Part shown: positions 40,671 through 53,850 of the stretch, piece by piece
Position numbering within the stretch: the stretch's first letter is position 1
How the letters are laid out: the number at the start of each line of letters is the position of its first letter
Assembly: GCA_028534125.1 (NCBI GenBank)
Contig: CM052817.1
Coordinates: 89,654,001-89,718,000 of the forward strand
Direction of reading: 5' to 3'
Length of the DNA stretch: 64,000 bases
From: Lama glama
Lineage: Eukaryota
Program-made: the position numbers and the translations under genes
The notes under the pieces: model-generated
What the model saw: the letters and a program-made list of their open reading frames with translations, nothing else
Databases searched by the model: none
What the model was told of the DNA's origin: nothing

Positions 40671-42577
40671 TAATTTTGAAGGAGGGAAGCATTGTTTGTA
40701 GTCATAAAAACAAACTTTTAGAAACTGAGTTACTTTTATTTAAATAATCACATTTTTATAAGGAGGAGGAGGAAAGAAAAACTATTGTGCTGAAAATAGT
40801 CATGTTATATTGCTTAGGTAACTATGCTCCATATTTGATTAAAATATTCCACAGAGATGTGGCCACTGAGTGTACTTACTTATATGGTAAATGTCATCAC
40901 TGAGCACACATCTAAGAAAGGAGGATAAAACTATATACAAATGATATATGCCTCTAACTGGATTCTTACAAGATCCATTTAAAATAATTTCATTTTTTCT
41001 TTTAAAAATCATTGTCTGAAATTGGTCATGGGAAAAAGAAGTTTTTAAGCACTTAAAATGTTTTATAATATTCAGTATCATCAGAAGATAACTAAACAAT
41101 CATGCTTTCCTTATTTTTTCTTCATTTTCCCTTTCACTCTGAATTCACACATAATATACACACATAATTATATACATTTATATCACCTTACAAAAATAAG
41201 ACTATCTCATTTCTCTCTGCTATACCAATACAATAGATATTACATCACAAATGTGTATAAAACAGTTCTCCATGTAAAAATTTATAAATAATGAAGCAAT
41301 AGTGATAATAAACCAGAAAAGGAAAACACATGTCTTTCTTTTGCCCAAGAAAGATAAAGGCCCTACATTTTTTAAACTGTTAGTGAAAAGGTTGTGTAAA
41401 GAAACCACTGCCCAGCAGAACTGGAATCAGAGGACTCTAACAACCAGAATATTGAAGAAGTAGACAACCAGAAAAACTGGGCTAAAGTGGAACAAAAGGG
41501 GTGGAACAGAAAAGCACCTAATGAGCCCAAAAGCACCAAAGAGAGAAATCAACTTTAAACACTGACAGCCCCCCAAAGCAGAAAGCCATCAGCAATTAAG
41601 AAAATGCCCTGTCCCCTCTCTTGCAGTTTCTCCTTCCCCATAAGCTAGCTTCAAAGGCACTGAAGCTTCAGTTAGCAACCCAATGAGTCAGATTTGAGAA
41701 AAAAGGGAAAGGCCCATCACAACTTCTCCCATCACAGGGTCTCCTCAAACTTTGCCTTTAGTTGCAGATGGGAGAGAAGGACTTAAATTTCAATGAAGGT
41801 TGAAGTGTTGCTTCATATTCTACTGAAGTTTTGATTGAGACTGTGTTTTCATATTTTTTAATGACTTTAAAATTATGTGTTAAATGAAAGTAAGCAAAAT
41901 ATTACAAACCCTAGCCAAGTTTTTATTCAGGGTCAGAGAAAGATTACCACAACTAGAATACCTATCAGAAGACAAGAATAAAATATGTATTTATTATGTT
42001 CATTAATCATGTTTCTTCAACATACCAATTTTATACATTGAAACTCAAACATGTATGTACAGTTTTACTAATGTGTGTTTTTATTCAATGCCATAATCTT
42101 TTTTGCTCAATAATATTTCATAGGCATCATCAGTTAACTATAAATACAGAGTTAATAATAATTTTTAATGACTTGCTAGAATTGACAATCTGTTCTTGTT
42201 AGTATGTATTTGTTTTTAAGCAGTGAATTAGAGAACTACTTTTATCATCTCTAAATGACTACATTGCAATACCAAAGGTTTTGATTAATTGATCTGATGT
42301 AGAAACCAGAATATATCTTTTAAAAATAACCCTGGTAGTCCTGCATATGGTCCTCAACCAACCTGAAGGAAACATTTGGCTACTAATTTTACTAAAGCAT
42401 TTACGAAATGTTCAATTTAAAACAACTTTTTTTTTTTATTACTATACTTTAAATAGCCACATACACTTAGCACTGTTTCTAACCCTTTGTTTGTTTCCTA
42501 CTCTAAATCTCTTTTCTTGGAATCCATGCTATTTTAAATATGAGCTATCAAGAAAAACAAATAACAACAACAAAAAT

Positions 42578-42760
42578 AGCTCTGAAGTTAAACAGTGTTG
42601 GGTCAAATCTTCCTCTTATTCTGTATGTGATTATGGGCAAGATACTTAACTTGTTACCTAAATTTCCTCAGTTTTAAACTGGAAAATATAAAATAAATGT
42701 TATGAGGATAAAATATTTTCAGGCATTTTAAAGCACATGGTATTCAAAAATATTTGCTTC
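42578..42760 (+). mobile_element. MIR fragment
   Basis: gtgttgggtcaaatc...tgtgattatgggcaagatacttaac...tttcctcag. Confidence 0.65.
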
Positions 42761-44474
42761 TTCTATAATCTTTTCTTCACCCTTTTTGCTGCCCATTATC
42801 TTATTACCCAATAAATAAATCTGCAGTATTCTTCTTCCATGAAAAGGCATAACCAAATACCTTTGAATTAAAATCCCAAATCTCTTTACAGTTTAATTAT
42901 AAGATTCTCTCTTCAAACAATCTCTACATGGAAGATGGAAAAATATAATAGTGCTCTATTTCATGTCCCTGGATTTTATTTTAACATCTTTGGTAGTCAC
43001 GTAGATTAAATCCGTAAGAATTATTCCAACTCTGAAAAATACACCAGTAAAGGAAACACTGTTAAGATCAGTGTGACTGTTTCACATTAATCATAGCACA
43101 GCATCACAAATGGCTATGATTTTATGTATTTATTTCCCTAGTAGGGGTACGAAAAAGACATAACAGCCCTAGGGAAAAAGAAATTCAATATCATTTCACA
43201 CTCATTAACCATATAATACCAGATGTTCATTATCAATTCTGTGGAGAAATACCAAAAAACCTGAATAACTGGAAAAACAGAGTGTTTGATTAATGATTTT
43301 TTTAGTTAATTAAAACAGTTTTAAGTTATTTCACTTCCTATTGCTAAAAATATATGAATACATTGCTCTATCTGAGGAAATATAACATAATAAATATAAT
43401 TTAATTTTTTTAAATTAAATTCTTTTAACATAATCATAATTCTGTGAAATTCATATGGGATTATTTATCCCAATTTAATTCATACGAGATTATGGTGACT
43501 AGGAAGGAAATTGGGAATGGATATAACCTGTTTTCTGGAAAACAAATTGAAATTATTTTTCTTTAGGATAATTATTTTATTATCATTTATTTCCATAAAA
43601 TACAATGCTTAATTTGGGTTCACATTAAATCAATTGAATTGTTTTAGCTGAAATTACTTTAAACTTTGCTCTTCTTTTACCTTTTAAATAGCAGTACTTT
43701 TGTGTCTTGAGATACTATATCTATCAATAAGAAAGAAGGAAACAAACAAAAACTAAGTATACCTTTTACTGACTTTTCTTTGGAGGTATAAGTCACATAT
43801 AGACATACATAAGAAAAATACAGTGCAACACATGTGACTATGAATAATAGGCATCTTCTTGAGAGAAATATTAGCATTAAATTCAGTTTATACAATTTCT
43901 ATAACACATAGCGCTATCAATTATAGTTTTACGTATTGAGCAGTAGCACATTTCCAACCTTTACATTGTAAAGACTGAATCTGATTCTATATTTAGATTC
44001 ACAGCTATCTGTTTTTTTTCACAGACACTTCCACTACTAAGATGAGCTTTTGAGAACAGATGCACATGTCAAAATGTTTTTCTTTTATAGAGGAAATAAA
44101 AATACTTTATATTTAAAATGATTACTTGTTCCAGGACAAACATATATTAAGTTCTTTGCGCTAGGATTGGACAGTCATAAGAACACAAATCAAGACATTT
44201 CAAAGAAGGTCATGTCAGAAATGAGAGTCTTAGGTTTGTAAGTCATTATCAGTCCTTCCGTATCTCTCTTAAAAGAACTAAATACTCTGATTACAACTAC
44301 AGACAGAAGAATTACTTAAATTTCCCCAGAGGTTAATTTATCTCAAATTTATACAAAATCATGTGTTCCTTCCATGTAAAAATGTAAGGCAAGTAAGGTC
44401 AAATGAAAATTAGGTCAGAAGCTTTTTACATGAGCTCTGTTCTTCCACATTAGATATTTTGATTTTGGAAGTTA

Positions 44475-44705
44475 GAGTGAAGTATTTAAGAGTACAAACT
44501 TGGGGATGATACGTTCCTGGACTTCTCAACCCAACATTGTATAGCTTCTAGCTATACGAATGGTGGTTATTTGTTTAACGTCTCTGTCCCTCTATTTTAT
44601 CTCATCTGTACCACTAAGGTAATAATGGTACCTTCTTCACAGTTGTTTGAGGATTAAATTACATGTAAATAATAAGTTTAAGTATGGTATTTAGTGTATA
44701 GCAAC
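44475..44705 (+). mobile_element. MIR fragment
   Basis: tttaacgtctctgtccc...ctcatctgta...ataatggtaccttcttcacagttgtttgaggattaaat. Confidence 0.65.
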
Positions 44706-46213
44706 ACTAAAATCATTTTTATAAATTATTATTTTCTTTTCTATCACGAAATAACTCTTCCACATATTAAAAACTAAAATGTTAAAAATGTATATAAACA
44801 AGTGAGCCATCTTCTCAACCCATACCCATAATTCCATTCTCAAAACATAATCACCATCAAAAAGATCATATGTATCATTACATAACATTTACCTATAATC
44901 ATATGTTTCATTTATACAGGACGGAATGTACTTCCCATATTATCAGTTTCCTGTTTAATTTAGTTAGCAATATATCTGAAAGATCTTGTACCTCAATAGT
45001 AGAGCACAATCATTTAGAGTACAGATTGGCCATCAATAATTTATCCTTCCATTAAAGGATACTTGTGTTATCTACACTTTGTGTCTTATTACAAATAATA
45101 CTGTAAAGAATTTTAATTAACATCTTTAGATGCAACTGATAGTAAACATGTGAAAAATTGTTGTGTGAAAGAATATGTGTATGTTCAATTTTATAAATAA
45201 TCCTAGATGGCCAACATGGTAATGCCTATTTCCTCACATTCAACTATAATCAAATATTTAATTATGAATGTAGCTTTTTACTAAATCGATTTAAGACTTT
45301 ACTATAGCTTTAAGTGTATTTTGTTATTTTAACTTTTATATCAATACAGTAGTAAAACTTTGACCTTAGGCAAGTAATTTATTTCAGCTGTGTTTCTTTT
45401 TCCCTTGGAAAAATGGAGTAACAATAACAACAATGACAATAATGATATAACCCACTGGGATCTTGTACTGTAAACTGTTACAATTACTGCAAAGGGCTAA
45501 CATATCTTTAATGCTTGTTTAACATAAATTGATATTTATTTTCATTATTGAAAGATACTTATTAAAATCTAGCTTCCTGTAGCAAAATTAAGTAGCATAT
45601 TTCCTTGGAATAAAACAGCCATATAATTCATGTTTTAATCATTGTTAGGCTCAGTACCTTGACTGTAAAGGCATTTGAAAACTGCTTGGCCATACTCATT
45701 ATCTATATACTTGGGACTTTTCCTATATGCAGTGATGTTAATTGCAAAGGATTATGTTCAATTGAAATTCTAATGAAGATTTCGTCCAATCTCCTTTTGT
45801 GCTATAGAGTCACATTTTTATTCAGAGCAATAAATCCATATTCACCTTACCCTGGAATGTTTATCCTTGAAATTTAAAATAACCACTGACAGGATGTTAT
45901 AGGTGTATGGTAGATGCAATCACTGACTCTTAACTTTTTTTTCCCCCTCTGCTTAGTACTCCATAATGTTTGCCACTTGACTTTGCATCACTTCCTATTT
46001 TGTTGACCACAGTATCTACTTATCAATGTCTGTCTGTCTAGAGAAGATTCTTAATTTTAAGCAGATTATTGCAATGGTTTTGATACAAATGAAATCAATG
46101 ATGGTTCTACTAAAAATAAACAGTAGAAAATATTTTAAAATATCTAGAATTATTAACTCATAAGAAAAATGAATTACTTTTTTCAGAAGTTTCATTTTTC
46201 ATAATTATATCAT

Positions 46214-46408
46214 TGTAGAATAGATAAACAAGATTACACTGTATAGCACAGGGAAATATACACAAAATGTTATGATAAATCACAGAGAAAAAAATGTGAC
46301 AATGAGTGTGTATATGTCCATGAATGACTGAAAAATTGTGCTGAACACTGGAATTTGACACAACACTGTAAAATGATTACGAATCAATAAAAAATGTAAA
46401 AAAAAAAA
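46214..46408 (+). mobile_element. Young 195-bp L1 3' terminus with poly(A) and 29-bp TSD
   Basis: Near reverse complement of 27165-27352; AATAAA then A-tail; agaagtttcatttttcataattatatcat at 46185-46213 and 46409-46437. Confidence 0.95.
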
Positions 46409-49400
46409 AGAAGTTTCATTTTTCATAATTATATCATCAGTTTCAGTTCTTCTCATATGTCTTAAATATCCATGCTAAAAAAAAAAATCAAATCTTAAAT
46501 AAAAGTAGAGAAAGGTCAAATTAATGCCCCAGATTTTTGACTTCACATCAGCTTGAAAACTTGGATGACATAACTCAGTTCAAATATATATCCCTCAATG
46601 GTATTTAATATGGAATTAAGATAAATCATTTTATCTAACTGAAAAAAAGTTAAAATTATTTCATTGTTTTCCTGGTCTACATGCTAATGATTTTTCTCTT
46701 TGACCAAAACTCCAATCACATTTATCTTGTTGTCTAAGATTGATATATACTGGATTATCAAATAATCCAGTGAGAAAATGGTAAGCATACTGAAAAAATG
46801 GCAAGTATATACATAAATAAATTAATAAAATATGCTTTTTAATTAATTTAAACATGAATTAGTACATCATAGACTACACATAAATTAATATGAAAATGCC
46901 CATAGAAGCACTCAAATATTTTAAAACAACACAATTATTGCTGAGTATTATAATATTTTAGCCATTTCACTATTAAAATGTGTAGCTTAAAATAATTTAT
47001 AATACATTTTAAAGAAAACTTTGTATTATTTTCATATAAAAATAATGAGAATGTGTTCATTTGGAAAAAATATTCTTTAACATTCAATGACAGAATAAAT
47101 TATATCACTATCATTCCAAAATATAACTTTTCTAATGAATTTATTATTTTTGCTTCTGTGAAGCATTTTAATTATTGGAGATCACACATTCATTTCTCAG
47201 ACTGGCTGGCTGCTGAGTCTAATAAAATCTGAAAATTATATACCTTTCTGGTACCTCAAAATTTATCTTTTTAACTGTTTTGGTATCTGTACTATCCTTT
47301 CTACTAAAAGCTTAAAATTCAAATAAAATACTTAAAAAGTATCATTCTGGTAGTGACTACAAGGAGTGACTGTAATCCCAAACAGGGGATTTTAGTACTT
47401 TTATATTCTGGAGGATACCCTGGTCACAAAGACAAGTAAAAATATATCATTGGTGAGATCTCCACTTTCTTATTTTGTAGAATATTAATGGACTGTGTCC
47501 ATGTCATTGACTGCCTTGAATGCTTGCTTAAGCAACCTCTTGGAGGTAAATAATCTTGTATCTAGAGTTTCCGTCAAGCCTTAGCTCCAGAAAGAAATGT
47601 GTTTATTACTTAAACTTAGCAATTTAAATCATATGTATTTGATAGCATACTGATTCAGAGAATGCTTGACTATTGTGAGCTGTGCTAACTTAAACAAGAT
47701 GATTGTCTACACACTGCCATCCTGGAAGAACTAATAGTTCTTTGATTTATGGCTTCACAGCATCCCGGGGAGCATGCTAGAAGTCAAGCTCCCTTTTATG
47801 AATTTCAGTAAAATATCAAGGAAGTAACACAACAGTAGCAAAATAATTTTTCTCACTCGGGACTTATTTTACTGCTTCTTAAGACCTATTTTGGTGACTG
47901 AATCAAATTTTAAAGATGTTCTTTATTTAAATTGAATATTTGAAGCAAAATACAAATTTTTAAGATAATATTTCATTTTTATACAAATAGGATTTTATTC
48001 CTTTAAAGTAAGCAAACATCAATGTATTATGAAAAATATTAATTTTAAAAATCTACTCCCATTTCAGCCTTAAAATATGTCCAAATAAATTAAGGCGCAA
48101 GTAATAAAATTAACAACCCAGTAATCAACATAAGGGTTTAGACTTTTCTTTTTATCAGAAAAGCAAATGAGTTTTTTATATCTGTCTATAATCTGTAAAA
48201 TCAAATTAAATGAATCACCTTAATCATACAAATAATTAAATAATCTAATTTATATGAAGACAACTCTTATAGTCTTAGAGGAAATCTTTGAAATTCTCTA
48301 ACCATGGATTCAATAAAGTCCCCATACATCCATGCAGAATAGATACAGTGACACAGAACCCACTATCCATGTACCCCATTTTTTCTGCAGTACTATATTA
48401 AAAAACAGTTATCATTTGCTGTATAAAGCTAAAAGCAGGCCCCTGAAACTTCTACTTGCTAAACATAATTCTAATCTCTTGAAAGAATCAGAGTAAATCT
48501 GCTTCAAGTTCAACAATACAGCTCTTCACACTTATGAGGAAGTATCATTTATCTTACAAATTACATCTATTTCAAATTAAATATGCCAAGTTCTTAGAAT
48601 TCATAGGCAATATACCAGCAACAGTAGAATAAATAAACAGCCAAAATAAGTCCTTTATTTATGATAAATTGAAGAGTTTGACAGTCAACCTAACATTAAA
48701 CATACAGCACTGGGAATAAAGGAAATGAAAACAAATGTCACAAAGAAACATTAAACAAGATAATATTTTGACATAAATAAGTGAAACTTTCATTTGAAAC
48801 AGATCTATGTGAAGCTTCTCTTGTAAAATCAAGGGTGAAGGGCACAAAGGGACACTCACTGAGCTTCTCATTCACTTTGCTTCCTGTAAAAACCAAAGTT
48901 TATCCAAGGAGAGACTTTAGTCTCTAAGAAACACAGTTTGAAATAATTAAACAATATGAAGTTTGATACCAGAACCTTTTTTATGTTATTTTAATGGATG
49001 TAGTGGTCCTCTTCTTAGCAAAAGAAGAATTGTTTCTTTGGGGGATGGGTTTGGGTTCTTAAAGGAGAAACTATTGACCTATGTATCTAAATGCTATGTC
49101 AGATACCCACACGCCCCATTGCCACAATTCCATAATTATTAACAAGAGAAAATATTACAAGTAAAAACTCATCCTAATCCTTTATGTAAATGTAACCAGT
49201 GAAGAGGTGAATCAGGGCGCCATTAAGAAAACATTCTTGTTTGTCTTATGAGTGGTTATCTAGTTCTAGAAGGAAAAGGTCATTTTTCATTACTAATGTA
49301 GTAGGACTGATAGCACATGTTAATAGTATAATGACGTTGTCCAGTGTTAAAATTGAAAATTACTAGGTACCAGTATTATACAAGATTCTGTAGTAGAATC

Positions 49401-49859
49401 CTTTCAAAAGATTGCATCTTGCCATGCTTCCCTTAACTCCATTGAGACAAATGCAATTCCATTAAAAACCTGGTAATGCCTAAAGTTGATTTTTGCCTCA
49501 AATAGGTGGTTTCAATTTATGATTTTTGTAGCATAGTTATGAGAGAAAAATAGATACTTTTACAATTTAAAATTGAATCAATATCATGTCATAAAAGTAT
49601 TCCATTTTTGAAAATACTTTCATTATTAGGAATGTTAATTCAATATATTTATGGCATCACATGGAAATTATACATTCATATATAATGTTTGATCTAATTG
49701 ATTCATTTATTCAGCAAGTATTCATTAGCAGTTATAATATTTGGTGCCAACGTTACAACCATGAATATAATATTGTGTTTTTCTTTATTGAATTAAAGTA
49801 TAGTAATGAAGACAGATATTGAGTGTATAGTAGATAAAAAACAAAAACAAAAATTGACA

Positions 49860-50885
49860 CTCCTAGCTCTTAATTTTACACAATTCACTCTCTGTGCTTG
49901 TTGCAATCATCTAATAATCTATGTGATCTCTCACTCTTCCTTTGAAGATATTCGCCTTAGACTCAGTCTCTCTCTCCAAGACAACTCTGTCTTCATCATT
50001 AATGGGTTAAACTGTGCCTAATCTTTGCAAAGCTGATTATCACTGTCTCTTTCCTTCTGTCCTCCAATTGCCCAATTCAGACTTCTACTCTAATAATCGT
50101 GTGCTTCAGACCAATATGTTGGATGAATATACATTAAATATATCCTGTGCTAAAGTGTAACAGATTTTGTGATAAATAATATGGCCACTCGATCAACAGT
50201 AGACTGAATTTTTTTCAAAGTCTTGATTTCAGCTATTTAACTCTCTAACTGCACCCAGTTTCCATCTCATTCCCTATGATAACTAACTTCAACAAGCTTT
50301 GATCATGTTTATTGTAAATTATTGTCCTTTGATCCTCTCTCCTTTATCTGTCTTTTACCAAACACGTTGTCTCACTTCATTCTTAAAAATATTTAAAGGT
50401 TTAGTTAGTAATTATAACTTCCTTGCCTGCATTGTTTTATTATACTTGTGAAGGTAAAATAAAACCTTACAACCAGCATTCTACCTATTTGTTGGTAGGT
50501 GCATGGCTGAACAAAAACATACTGCTGACAAGTCTCATTTTAAATTCATAATAATTAATTTAAGGAGATATTTATTTTTGCCCAGCATTCATAATATTTA
50601 CAGTCTACTTACTATTGAACTATTCTAGATTAATAATCCATATTTTCTTCTCTGTCCTCTACCAGTTCAACCATTCTCACCCTCAGCTGATGATTTTGCT
50701 TGTTATTTCCACAAGATTAAGAAGAAATGTTCACAAGCTCTCACCTCCACATATATCCATCTAACTTGATGTACCCTGTGTCTACTTCCTTTTCTCCTAA
50801 TATTTCCAAACTTTCTTTACACCTACAATATAAATCCCTTCTACTTGGTCACTAAATTCTATCCCCATTTACCTACTCAAGACCA
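49860..50885 (+). mobile_element. L2 internal fragment
   Basis: ctcaccctcagctgatgattttgcttgttatttc and cccttctacttggtcactaaattctatcccc...cctactcaaga L2 motifs. Confidence 0.65.
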
Positions 50886-51499
50886 AAATGTAATGCTTGA
50901 GTATTTATTCAACAAGATGATAGAATGCTACCCTTTGAACTAATACTTGGAATGTGTTAGTGACACAGGTTCTCTTAAGACATGAATTTACCTAGCCATT
51001 CAATAATATGGATTAGTATTCAATTTTGCATAACCCACATTATTCAATAATAGGATCATCATGTTCTTAGACTCCATGTTAACTAAAATGTGTATATATT
51101 TAGAACTAAGAATTTAAGCCACCATTCCAATAATCTGTAAACCATATATAAATTAAAATTAATATTTTAATAAAATCTATATTTTATCATGGTTAGTTTT
51201 TCCAAACAAGAAATTATGTATTAACTCCAACCATCTATTACTCCCAATAAGTTTTTTTCAAAGATTACATGCAGTTTCTATCAAGTCATTTTATCTTGTA
51301 ATGCTACTGTAAGTGGATTACCTCACAAAGTATATTCTAAATGTGTATCAAAGATATAAAACAGAGGATGTACACCTGCAATCTGCAGGAAACATTGCAA
51401 TAAGTCATGAATTATTTTACACATTAAAATCTCTTTGAAAAAAGGCATGCAAAATAGCATAACACTGTCCATGAAAGTCAAATATTCAAGAGATGAAAT

Positions 51500-53360
51500 C
51501 TCTAGAGAGGAAAGAGTGAGGTAATATTGATGGCATATAGACAGTTTAATGATTATAGAGCTAACAAGAGCCTGAGAAAACAGGCTGCCCCCCTAGCAGA
51601 TGCTTATGTTAAGTTACATAGAAACCAATAGATATTTTATAATCCATTGGGGGTTGAAGTGATAGAATTAGAGAATAGAGCAGTCTCAAAACATATATGT
51701 TCATTATCAAAATTTGTACAAAATTTTGAATCTGCATGAAGAATAAACATAAAGAGCTTTGCTGAAAACACCATAAAGAGCTAAAATATATGCTGACAGT
51801 CTTTCACGGCTAAGGAAAGAAAGGCTTGATACAATTTAAATTGAAATTCTTAGAGGGCTACATCCTAGCAACAAGAATGAACCAGAGGTAGACTATATTA
51901 CTAACTGGTAATTCAACTCAGGCCCAGCTTCATCCCAGGCAAGACTAGGATGATCAGCTTCATCTCTCTAATAAAGGAAATAAGTAATGCTCTCTGAGGA
52001 AGGCCAACATCATATTCTACAGCTAATGTATACAAAATGTCCAATGTATAATTAAAAATTATTAGACATATTAAGAGCCAGTAAACGTGGCCAATATTTA
52101 ACATAATATTCAAGACAAAACCATGCCATAGAAGTAGAACCTGAGATGATCTAGAAATTAGTTACTCAAGAATGGACTTTAAAATGACTATGATTTATGT
52201 TTAAAATAATAGAAAAAAAGGGCAGACAAAATAGATAAAAATAAGGAGAATATAATCAAAAATTTGAATACCAAAATAAACATTAAAAAACTAAAAATAA
52301 CAATATTTGAAATTAAGAACTTAATACATGGGTTATTGACATGTTAGATGCAGTAGTAACAAATAAAAGTGAAATGAACAATAAGTCAGTAAAAATATCT
52401 AAATTAGAGTACAGATAAAAGAATAGAAAATAAAGCATAAGAGTCATATAAAAAGTAAGCACAAGGAAGGAAATAAAAATGAGTGTATATTAATAAAAAG
52501 AAAACAAATGCACAATAAAGAATATCTTAAAAATTAGAATCTAATCACTTAAAAAAATAATAAATCATAATGAACTTCTAGAAAGGCTAGGTAGAGAGAG
52601 TGAGAGCATAAATTACTATTATCAGGAACAAATATGAAAACATCAATAAAAATCATTAAGGCACCAAAAAAGGCGCTATTTTGAAAATTCGTAAATAAAT
52701 ACATTTCATAAAATAAAAAAGGGCAAAAAGCTACAACTTTCAAGCCTGGCAAAGAAGATATAGAAAATCTAAATATTTACTAAAGATATTGACTATCTAA
52801 TTAGAAATTATTGTCACAAAGAAAACACAACCCCAGGTATCTCCATCAATTAATTTTTCCAATCATTTACAGGGAAAAAAAAATTAATTTTCCATAGTTT
52901 ACAAAAAGAAGAAACTGTTCTTTGGTACTGAAGCCTAAATAACCTTAATACCATTTCCTAAAAAGGTTATAAGACAGGAAAATTACATACCAGTCTACCC
53001 TATGAATAAATACACAAAAAATTATAAGATAAGAGACAAAACACACCTTAACACATTTAGAAGAATAGAAATTATTTATTGCCTGCTCTCAGACCACAAC
53101 TGGATTGAAGTAGAAATAAATAACAAACAGAAAGCTGGGAAATCCCAAAACACTTGGAAATTAAATCACATACTTCCAAATAACACATGGGCCAAAGAAG
53201 AAATTTCAAGAAAAATTTTTAAATATCTTGATCTAAATGAAAAAATAATACAATTTAACAAAATGTGTGTGAATGCAGCAATAGCAGTGCTTAGAGGGAA
53301 ATGTATAACCTTTAACGTATATATTAAAAAAGAAGAAAGATCTAAAATCAATAATCTAAG

Positions 53361-53401
<41 letters not shown>

Positions 53402-53850
53402 CACTCACTCACAACCCCTAAACAGGCCATAAGAGAATGTAAGCAAATAAAACCAAAGGATACATATAAAGTAAACATATCACAATCTATCAGGGTTATT
53501 CCAGAAAAGCAAGGGTAGTTTATCATTCCAGTCAATATATTTTACCACATTCACTGAGAAAAGTGGAAAAATCCTGATTTTGTTCATATCCCTAATTCAT
53601 TTTTTGACAAAATTCAACTCCTATTTATTACTTCTAAAAATTTATTTAGCAAAACAAAAATAGAAGAAATATTGAAATTTATTCTGTTAAATACTTTATA
53701 CTAATAAATGACAAACATCATACACAATAATGAAATATCAAATATTTCTCTTTAAGTTGGTTATAAAACAAAAATGCCCACATTTGTCAACATTGTAGTA
53801 GATATCCTTATTATTGTATTCAAGTAAGAAATAGAAATATTTACATTCCC
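51500..53850 (+). mobile_element. Old L1 fragments (ORF1/ORF2 remnants) with a nested ORF2 piece at about 53037-53363
   Basis: A-rich strand; ORF 53002-53421 RIEIIYCLLSDHNWIEVEINNK...AVLRGKCI is L1 ORF2 (SDH motif). Confidence 0.75.
53365..53398. repeat. (CA)17 microsatellite
   Basis: Read directly from the sequence. Confidence 0.97.

Noticed and set aside
41380..42000. Possible ancient Gypsy-like LTR (similar impression at 12640-13020 and 13440-13830)
   Set aside because: The composition is suggestive, but I could not identify termini or diagnostic motifs; needs a Dfam search
27205..46361. Two homologous ORFs (MSNSSVEHNF at 27205+ and MSNSSVQHNF at 46158-) as a small gene family
   Set aside because: Both are antisense readings of the same L1 3'UTR
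51583..51600. Second CTCF-like motif on the minus strand (ctgctaggggggcagc)
   Set aside because: An extra G breaks the core spacing, and it lies in decayed L1-like sequence
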